IMG/VR virus record: IMGVR_UViG_3300022748_000008
Reading direction: 5' to 3' (one strand)
From: a virus
DNA length: 42,847 nucleotides
Within the stretch, counting starts at the first letter, position 1. The number at the start of each line of letters is the position of its first letter. Below are positions 7,017-13,143 of this stretch, one piece after another. The notes below the pieces were generated by a model. That model was given only the letters and a program-made list of their open reading frames with translations. It was not told the origin of the DNA and did no database searches. The translations under genes and the position numbers were made by a program.

Positions 7017-7440
7017 GGTTCCTCTGTCGTGATGCTGTTGGTGAACGGCCTGCCGCCCTGCGCATAGCTTGTTGCATGGCGGGTTGGGCCGGGTGTTCTT
7101 CATTGAAACTGAGTGTGGATTGTTGAGCCAAAGTGAACTCAATGAACGCAACAATCTTTGACTGTTCTGCCTCGGGAAGCGCACCTACTTTTTGCAACGC
7201 AACACTCATGCCCGGTGAAAGCATTTCAACAGGGTCGCGTCCGAATGCTTGTGCAATTGCATCAAGATTGTCGATGTTGGTACCGGTGCGTGCGCGAAGT
7301 ATGCGGCTGATGCTGGACTGACCAATACCTGTCTTCTCTGACACCTTCACCTGAGTGTCGAGGTCGGGCCGCGCTTTCATCCATGCGCGTAAGGCCTCTG
7401 CAACGCGCTCTCTGATCGGCTTTGCCATCCGGCGAAGCAT
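6952..7440 (-). CDS. cI-like HTH (XRE family) repressor
   Basis: The HTH is VSEKTGIGQSSISRILRARTGTNIDNLDAIAQAFG. It is divergent from the cro-like gene. The start is uncertain (TTG 7452, ATG 7440 or ATG 7428), none has a clear SD, and no S24 peptidase motif was seen. Confidence 0.7.
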   Translation of the reverse strand: MLRRMAKPIRERVAEALRAWMKARPDLDTQVKVSEKTGIGQSSISRILRARTGTNIDNLDAIAQAFGRDPVEMLSPGMSVALQKVGALPEAEQSKIVAFIEFTLAQQSTLSFNEEHPAQPAMQQAMRRAAGRSPTASRQRNHGKKDAGNTNPRRARKLGGNQ

Positions 7441-7510
7441 ATCCAAATCCAAATAGAAATACTAGGGATTCCCCGATTTTGCATAATAGCCAAAAATGGA
7501 TATATACTCA
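7436..7510. promoter_or_regulatory. Divergent promoter/operator region (OR-like)
   Basis: The rightward promoter is TTGCAT (7479-7484), a 16-18 bp spacer, and TATATA/TATACT (7501-7508). ATATCCA (7439-7445) and TGGATAT (7497-7503) form an inverted pair. AGCCAAAAATGG (7488-7499) is repeated at 6628-6639. Confidence 0.5.
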
Positions 7511-7538
7511 CCACAGAAACAACAAGCAAGGAAGTGTG

Positions 7539-7766
7539 ATGAGTACAGCAGAACGCGTGCGCCAAAAGTTGATCAAGACGGGCGCAACACAGGTGCAGAT
7601 CGCGGCATCGACTGGCATAGGACAAGCCAGCGTCAGCCGATTTTTGCGAGGCCAAGGTGATGCCAAAGTCACCGTGGTGGACAAGATGGAGGCCTTTGCT
7701 GACCAGCAGCTTGAAATCATCAAGCGTGCGAAGCGTGCCGAGCTTCGGGTGAAGGACGCGGGATGA
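7539..7766 (+). CDS. Cro/cII-like HTH regulator (75 aa)
   Basis: MSTAERVRQKLIKTGATQVQIAASTGIGQASVSRFLRG. There is an AAGGAAG SD, and it is the first rightward gene. Confidence 0.7.
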   Translation: MSTAERVRQKLIKTGATQVQIAASTGIGQASVSRFLRGQGDAKVTVVDKMEAFADQQLEIIKRAKRAELRVKDAG

Positions 7767-8686
7767 ACTATTACCCGTTCCACATCGGGGACTATGCGGC
7801 GCACACAGCGCACCTTAGCCCCATTGAGGACATTGCATACCGACGTTGCATTGACCTTTACTACCTCCATGAGAAGGCTTTGCCGCTTGATTTGGCAGAG
7901 GTGGCCCGCCTTATTCGTATGCGTGACCACGCCGACACCGTGGCGGCTGTTGTGCGCGAATTCTTTGCTCAAGGCGTTGACGGTTGGTATCACGACCGAT
8001 GCAACGACGAAATCGAGCGTATGCAGGACAAGCAGATTAAAGCCAGAGCGTCGGCTCAAGCATCGGTCAACGCCCGCAGAGCGAACGCTCAACGTCCGTT
8101 AAACGAACGCTCAACGGACGCTCAACAAGACGCGCAAACGGATGTTGAGCTACCAACACCAACACCAACACCAACACCAACACCAAAAGATACCCCCCCT
8201 ACCCCCCGCAAGCGGGTGGCGGCTGCAAATCGCTTTGATGATTTCTGGTTGGCATGGCCCAAGGGCGAGCGAAAGCAGGACAAGGCCAAGTGCCTTGACC
8301 ACTGGAAACGAAACCAGCTTGACGAGAAGGCCGAGGCGATCTTGGGCGACGTGCGAACGAAGCGGGGCACCAAGAAATGGGCCGAGGGCTTTGTGGAAGC
8401 TCCGTTGGTCTACCTGCGCGGCAAGCGCTGGCTTGACGGCGTAGTGCCTGAGGCTGATGGCGGCGCAGAGCCGATGGACTGGCGTGAGACAGCCAAGGGC
8501 ATTCGTGCCAAGGGCATTGAAATCGGTGTCGGTGACTGGAATGAGCACGACCTGAGCGCCAACCGAGAGCATTTCCCTGCTTACCGTGCACGGGTTGAGA
8601 GGCGCGTTTTGGAGTTGGAAGGCGGTGCGCCCGACAAGGCCGGACAAAAGCGCGTAGCTGAACTCATTGCGGGTGTTGCGCGGTGA
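7763..8686 (+). CDS. Replication initiation protein, N-terminal DUF1376 (YdaU-like) domain
   Basis: MNYYPFHIGDYAAHTAHLSPIEDIAYRRCIDLYY matches the DUF1376 signature. It has a central (PT)5 linker and a C-terminal FDDFWLAWPK...RWLDG module. Confidence 0.75.
   Translation: MNYYPFHIGDYAAHTAHLSPIEDIAYRRCIDLYYLHEKALPLDLAEVARLIRMRDHADTVAAVVREFFAQGVDGWYHDRCNDEIERMQDKQIKARASAQASVNARRANAQRPLNERSTDAQQDAQTDVELPTPTPTPTPTPKDTPPTPRKRVAAANRFDDFWLAWPKGERKQDKAKCLDHWKRNQLDEKAEAILGDVRTKRGTKKWAEGFVEAPLVYLRGKRWLDGVVPEADGGAEPMDWRETAKGIRAKGIEIGVGDWNEHDLSANREHFPAYRARVERRVLELEGGAPDKAGQKRVAELIAGVAR
8082..8150 (+). repeat. Iteron-like repeats inside the replication gene (candidate origin)
   Basis: CGAACGCTCAACG occurs at 8082-8094 and 8104-8116, GGACGCTCAACA at 8116-8127, and an inverted copy GTTGAGC at 8144-8150. 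Confidence 0.45.
8153..8182 (+). repeat. Hexanucleotide microsatellite (CCAACA)x5 encoding (PT)5
   Basis: Five perfect tandem copies were read directly, plus a degenerate sixth copy (CCAAAA). Confidence 0.95.
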
Positions 8687-8889
8687 CCGAGTGCATCGCC
8701 TGCAAGCGTTTCAACCTGCGCGATGCAAAAGCCATGGCCTCGCTTGGGTTTGGCTGCTGCGAGTTGCAGCCGCGAAGCGTTTACAAGAGTGCGGTCTACC
8801 CGAGGGAGTGCACGCACTTCATCCAAGAAAAAACAGAAGCCGTCACGACACGGCGCGAATGGTTAAGCAGTAAAAGGAGCAAGACATGA
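8683..8889 (+). CDS. Hypothetical Cys-rich protein (68 aa)
   Basis: It has a GTG start in a GTGA overlap with the replication gene stop. It contains CIACKRF...GFGCCE. Confidence 0.5.
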   Translation: MTECIACKRFNLRDAKAMASLGFGCCELQPRSVYKSAVYPRECTHFIQEKTEAVTTRREWLSSKRSKT

Positions 8890-9137
8890 CCCACAAGACA
8901 CAATCGGAACGAATCCTCGACCACCTGAAATCGGGGCGACAATTGACCCAGTTTGAGGCATTGCAAGACCTCGGCATCATGCGGCTGGCATCGCGCATCA
9001 GCGACCTCAAGCGCGACGGACATAGGATTGAGAAAAAAATGATTGAAGTGTTCAACCGATTCGGCGAGGGCTGTCACGTTGCGAGCTACACGCTGGTGAC
9101 GCCAACCAAAGAAGCACAGGAAAGGCTCGCGGCATGA
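8886..9137 (+). CDS. HTH_39-family winged-helix protein
   Basis: SERILDHLKSGRQLTQFEALQDLGIMRLASRISDLKRDGHRIEKK matches the PF14090 pattern. Confidence 0.75.
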   Translation: MTHKTQSERILDHLKSGRQLTQFEALQDLGIMRLASRISDLKRDGHRIEKKMIEVFNRFGEGCHVASYTLVTPTKEAQERLAA

Positions 9138-9289
9138 CCTACAAGCCAAAACAGCCACCAGTGCGCCCCGGCTCGCAGGACGCATTCACCAAGCCGTCAT
9201 TGGTGAACGGCAAACCTATTCCGCACAAACCGCCACATGGTGGCCCCGTGGGTCAACTCAAAGATCGAAGGAATCACACAAATGATTGA
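9134..9289 (+). CDS. Small Pro/Lys-rich ORF (51 aa), below the track cutoff
   Basis: Hand translation gives MTYKPKQPPVRPGSQDAFTKPSLVNGKPIPHKPPHGGPVGQLKDRRNHTND. It has an ATGA overlap with the upstream stop. Confidence 0.35.
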   Translation: MTYKPKQPPVRPGSQDAFTKPSLVNGKPIPHKPPHGGPVGQLKDRRNHTND

Positions 9290-9395
9290 GGTCATCGTGG
9301 TGGCGTGGCTGGCCCTCGCAGTGGGTTTTATTGTCGGTGCGTGGTGGGCGACACGCCCGAGGTCAGAAGATGAAGTTGAAAGATTGAGCGAATGA
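9282..9395 (+). CDS. Small membrane ORF (37 aa), below the track cutoff
   Basis: MIEVIVVAWLALAVGFIVGAWWATRPRSEDEVERLSE. It has an ATGA overlap with the VRR-NUC start at 9392. Confidence 0.4.
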   Translation: MIEVIVVAWLALAVGFIVGAWWATRPRSEDEVERLSE

Positions 9396-9763
9396 GCGAA
9401 CATGACACCCAATCGGCATTCTTTGAATGGGCGAACTATCAGCGGTTTCCGGGCATTGAGTTGTTGCACGCGACACCAAACGGCGGTGCACGCCATCCAG
9501 CCGTCGCAGCAAAGCTGAAAAAGGAAGGCGTCAAAGCTGGCGTCCCCGATGTATCGTGGCCCGTTGCCCGTGGTGGGTATGTGGGCCTAGCCATCGAGTT
9601 CAAGCACGGCGACGGCAACCCGAGCAAGGAGCAGCGCGAGCGCATCGACCGGATGCAGCAAGAAGGCTGGATGGTAACGGTTTGCTGGTCTTGGCAGGCT
9701 GCAGCCCGTGTGATGCAAGGCTATGCAGGCATGTTGAAGTTGGAGGCCGCGCATGGCATTTGA
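9392..9763 (+). CDS. VRR-NUC domain nuclease
   Basis: QSAFFEWANY...GVPDVSWPVARGGYVGLAIEFKHGDGNPSKEQRERIDRMQQEGWMV matches the VRR-NUC PD-(D/E)xK pattern (PDxxx...ExK...Q). Confidence 0.8.
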   Translation: MSEHDTQSAFFEWANYQRFPGIELLHATPNGGARHPAVAAKLKKEGVKAGVPDVSWPVARGGYVGLAIEFKHGDGNPSKEQRERIDRMQQEGWMVTVCWSWQAAARVMQGYAGMLKLEAAHGI

Positions 9764-9965
9764 TTCACATCAATATCGTGACCCTATGTTGGTCCTTGAG
9801 GCCAAACAAATGCGCGAGGCGCGGTTTGCCAAGAAAAGCGGGTGCATGGGCTGCGTCCATAAATCCGAGTTGTGGGGCATGGCGTATTGCAAGTTGAGCA
9901 ACACCAAACCGGGCATCGTCAACATGCGCCGCTGTGGTCAGTACCAAAACACGGGGGCGCGATGA
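9753..9965 (+). CDS. Hypothetical Cys-rich protein (70 aa)
   Basis: The ORF overlaps both neighbours by a few nt. It contains CMGCVH...YCK...RRCG. Confidence 0.45.
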   Translation: MAFDSHQYRDPMLVLEAKQMREARFAKKSGCMGCVHKSELWGMAYCKLSNTKPGIVNMRRCGQYQNTGAR

Positions 9966-10561
9966 ACAAGGCGATTTTCAAGAGCACGAGCCAAGCGGTT
10001 CATTTTTCCTTCATCATGGAGTCGCTTGAGGCATCTAGCGAAAGCGTCATGGCGAAGATGCTGCGCGAACACCTCATGTCGTTGGGTCTTTGGAAATCGG
10101 AACCTGGCAGCATCAACTTCGGCGGCTTGACTTCGCTTGAGATTCGCGGGCAATGCGCCATGATTCGCGCCTCGTGCCGTACCAAGCTGTTCGGCCCCGA
10201 GTTCTGGGTGATCGTTTCCCGCTACGGCATGGTCAAGGTCGGCAAGACCCGCGATGGCGAGACGGCCTACTACCTACCGCCAGAAAAAGCCGAGGCGCTG
10301 GACAGCCTTGCCGGTTGGCTGACCGCCGAGCACGCTAGTTTGCCGCCCGAGGTATTGAAGCTGCTGGTGATTCGCGCCACATCAAACGTCGAGGGGATGC
10401 GCCCGACCTTTCGCGCCATTTCGGAGAAGTCCGGCTGCAACAAGGACACGCTGTGCCGTCACGCCAAGAAGATCAGCCACCGCTTGCGCGAGCTTGAAAC
10501 CTTGGCGTTTGACCGGCTAACCCCGTACTTTGAGCGCGACGGCGTAATTGAATGCCAATGA
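9962..10561 (+). CDS. Hypothetical regulator-like protein (199 aa), last gene before the double terminator; possible late-gene regulator
   Basis: The ATG is in an ATGA overlap. The C-terminal segment TFRAISEKSGCNKDTLCRHAKKISHRLRELE looks like an HTH. The role is inferred from position only. Confidence 0.55.
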   Translation: MNKAIFKSTSQAVHFSFIMESLEASSESVMAKMLREHLMSLGLWKSEPGSINFGGLTSLEIRGQCAMIRASCRTKLFGPEFWVIVSRYGMVKVGKTRDGETAYYLPPEKAEALDSLAGWLTAEHASLPPEVLKLLVIRATSNVEGMRPTFRAISEKSGCNKDTLCRHAKKISHRLRELETLAFDRLTPYFERDGVIECQ

Positions 10562-10652
10562 CATTTCATGGTTGTTTTTATTCGCTCTGAGGCCTTGCCG
10601 CTTTTGATACAAGGTGTTATCGTTTATGTCACTCTAGCCATCAGTACCGAAT

Positions 10653-10677
10653 AAGCCGCCTCAACAGGCGGCTTTTT
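10653..10677 (+). terminator. Rho-independent terminator 1
   Basis: The stem AAGCCGCC / GGCGGCTT has a 6-nt loop and is followed by a TTTTT run. Confidence 0.75.
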
Positions 10678-10737
10678 CATTTGTACCGTGGCTTTTGTTG
10701 TGTTTCGTGGTTTTTCATGTGTCTCCTGAGGGTGATT

Positions 10738-10772
10738 TACCCGAGTGGCTAACGCTGCTCGGGTATTTTTTT
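10738..10772 (+). terminator. Rho-independent terminator 2
   Basis: The stem TACCCGAG / CTCGGGTA has a 12-nt loop and is followed by seven T. Confidence 0.7.
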
Positions 10773-10791
10773 GAGGGTTTCAACCGCACGC

Positions 10792-12210
10792 ATGACAGAA
10801 GCCAGCGGGCTAGTCATTGAATACCGCGCCGTCGAGTCGCTGATTCCGTTTGCCAAAAACGCCCGGATGCATTCAGACGCGCAAATCGCGCAGATCGCCG
10901 CGAGTGTCAAGGAATGGGGCTGGACGAATCCGGTGCTCATCGATGGCGGCAACGGCATCATCGCCGGACATGGGCGAGTTCTTGCCGCACGTAAGCTCGG
11001 CATCGAGCAGGTGCCCTGCATCCAACTGGAAGGCATGAGCGAGGCGCAGAAACGTGCCTACATAATCGCCGACAACAAATTGGCGCTGAACGCCGGGTGG
11101 GATGAAGAATTGCTGGCGCTTGAGTTGGGCGACCTGCAGGCCGAGGGCTTCGACATTGACCTGATCGGCTTTTCGCAGGAAGAACTAGACGACTTGCTCA
11201 ACAGCGTTGGGGCCGAGGGCTTCGGCGATGGTGTGAGCCTGTCTGACCGCTTCCTGATACCGCCGTTTTCCGTGCTCAACGCCCGCGAAGGCTGGTGGCA
11301 AGACCGAAAGCGCGGCTGGATAGACATGGGGCTGCGCTCCGAGGTTGGGCGCGATGAAACGCTGACGTTCTCGGTATCGTCGCAACCGCCAGCCACCTAC
11401 CGCGCGAAAAACGAATACGAGGCCAAGGTGGGCCGCGAGGTCACATGGGCTGAGTTTGTCGAGGCCCGACCGGACGCAATCGTTCAGAAGGGCACCAGCA
11501 TCTTCGACCCCACGTTGTGCGAGGTTGCCTACCGTTGGTTTTGCCCGCCGAGTGGCTTGGTGCTTGACCCGTTTGCCGGTGGCAGCGTGCGTGGCATCGT
11601 CGCCGCCAAGTTGGGCCGCGAATACATCGGCGTTGACCTGCGCGATGAGCAGGTTGAGGCCAACCGGGTGCAAGCCGCGAGCCTGTGCCAAGAGATTCAG
11701 CCGGTATGGATTACCGGCGACTCACGCAACATCGACAAGCTGTGCAAGGGCACGCAGGCCGACTTCGTGTTTTCCTGCCCGCCGTATGCAGACCTTGAGG
11801 TCTACTCGGACGACCCGGCAGACCTTTCGACGTTGGACTACCCCGAATTTCGGGACGCCTACCTTCAGATCATCCACAAGACCTGCAGCCTGTTGAAGCC
11901 TGACCGCTTCGCCTGCTTTGTGGTGGGCGAGGTGAGAGACAAGCGCGGGGCGTATTACGATTTCATCGGCGACACCGTGCAGGCCTTCCGTGATGCCGGG
12001 TTGGACTACTACAACGAAGCCATCCTTGTGACGGTGGCAGGTAGCCTGCCAATCCGCGCAGGAAAGCAATTCAGCGCCAGCCGAAAGCTAGGCAAAACGC
12101 ATCAAAACATTCTCGTTTTCTGCAAGGGCGACCCGAAGAAGGCCGTCGAAGCGTGCGGGGACGTTGAGATTGATGAGGAATTATTCGCCGAAGCGGGCGA
12201 TGAGGGCTAG
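10792..12210 (+). CDS. ParB-like nuclease domain fused to a DNA methyltransferase
   Basis: The N-terminus (IPFAKNARMHSDAQIAQIAASVKEWGWTNPVLID..IIAGHGRVLAA) is ParB/Srx-like. The C-terminus has the AdoMet motif LDPFAGGSVRG and then the catalytic SCPPY. The track TTG start at 10771 lies in the terminator T-run, so the start was moved to ATG at 10792. Confidence 0.85.
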   Translation: MTEASGLVIEYRAVESLIPFAKNARMHSDAQIAQIAASVKEWGWTNPVLIDGGNGIIAGHGRVLAARKLGIEQVPCIQLEGMSEAQKRAYIIADNKLALNAGWDEELLALELGDLQAEGFDIDLIGFSQEELDDLLNSVGAEGFGDGVSLSDRFLIPPFSVLNAREGWWQDRKRGWIDMGLRSEVGRDETLTFSVSSQPPATYRAKNEYEAKVGREVTWAEFVEARPDAIVQKGTSIFDPTLCEVAYRWFCPPSGLVLDPFAGGSVRGIVAAKLGREYIGVDLRDEQVEANRVQAASLCQEIQPVWITGDSRNIDKLCKGTQADFVFSCPPYADLEVYSDDPADLSTLDYPEFRDAYLQIIHKTCSLLKPDRFACFVVGEVRDKRGAYYDFIGDTVQAFRDAGLDYYNEAILVTVAGSLPIRAGKQFSASRKLGKTHQNILVFCKGDPKKAVEACGDVEIDEELFAEAGDEG

Positions 12211-12405
12211 CCGACCGGCTTCCTTCAACGCCGCTAGGTCATGACCAAGCCCGAGCGACCAGCGCGGGTTGGTGTAAGCGGTGTGGGCGTCAAGAATGGC
12301 GCTGCGCTGCTCCCCAAGCTGAGGGAATCGCGCCGCAATGCGTATGGCGTCCTGCCAACGCTGTGAGGCCATGTGGTCTTTTACGACTGAGAGTTTTGTT
12401 CGCAT
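12181..12405 (-). CDS. Hypothetical protein (74 aa) on the opposite strand, convergent with the methyltransferase
   Basis: The ATG is preceded by an AAGGAAAA SD. Its 3' end overlaps the MTase 3' end by 30 nt. No recognisable motif. Confidence 0.5.
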   Translation of the reverse strand: MRTKLSVVKDHMASQRWQDAIRIAARFPQLGEQRSAILDAHTAYTNPRWSLGLGHDLAALKEAGRLALIARFGE

Positions 12406-12597
12406 GTGGTTTTCCTTGTTTTGGGCTTATGCGCATCTTGGTATGACTGCCGCATTGGTTCAAGTGAGAATCCCGATTTTCTTCACGGAAAACGACGAAA
12501 AGCGACAAACAAACATCAAGGCCAAGTAAGGATTGAACGGATTTCGATTCAGACTTGGTCGATTTTCAAAAAACCAACCCGATGAACGGAGGGCCAG

Positions 12598-13143
12598 ATG
12601 CCCGAAAAATCATGCGGGGCCAAGACACGCAGCGGTGAGCCTTGTAAGAAGGCACCCATGGAGGGGAAGAAACGCTGCAAGCTGCACGGGGGTGCAAGTA
12701 CCGGCCCAAAGAAACCAGCCGTAGGCAACAAGAACGCCGCGAAGCCGGGGAGCATCTACAGCCAATTTCTCACACCCGAAGAACAAGAGGCGTTTGACGC
12801 GCTTGAACTCGGACGCGTAGACGACGAGTTGCGTTTGATGCGCATCCGATTGGCGCGGGCTTTGAAGGCCGAGGAAGAGAGTGCCAACAAGCCCGAGCTT
12901 GATTCGGTCACTCAACGCCAAGGCGGTGGCCCGAGCACGGTCGCCAAAGAGGTAACACTCAAGCGCCGCGACTACACCAAGATCATTGATTCAGTAACGG
13001 CCCGCATCGAATCGCTTGAGCGCACACGCGCCGAGTTGGAGCGCAAGGGCGCTGACGATGATTTGGATGTAACGCCAGAATCCAAGACCTTCACGTACAA
13101 CGTGGTGGACGGCAGAAAGTCAGCAGATGCCGACGCTGACTAG
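12598..13143 (+). CDS. terS: Terminase small subunit candidate (HGGxSTG zinc-ribbon N-terminus)
   Basis: CGAKTRSGEPCKKAPMEGKKRCKLHGGASTGP is followed by a coiled coil. The gene lies immediately upstream of, and overlaps, terL. Confidence 0.6.
   Translation: MPEKSCGAKTRSGEPCKKAPMEGKKRCKLHGGASTGPKKPAVGNKNAAKPGSIYSQFLTPEEQEAFDALELGRVDDELRLMRIRLARALKAEEESANKPELDSVTQRQGGGPSTVAKEVTLKRRDYTKIIDSVTARIESLERTRAELERKGADDDLDVTPESKTFTYNVVDGRKSADADAD

Noticed and set aside
8153-8182. Possible CRISPR-like or tandem regulatory array
   Set aside because: The units are 6 nt, have no spacers and lie in frame inside a gene. It is a coding microsatellite.
8142-8647. ORFs with HQHQHQ or CWCWCW repeats overlapping the replication gene
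   Set aside because: These are off-frame readings of the (CCAACA)5 microsatellite. The DUF1376 frame is the real one.
10771-10791. TTG start of the methyltransferase ORF given by the track
   Set aside because: The TTG lies within the T-run of the second terminator. The first ATG (10792) is the more plausible start.
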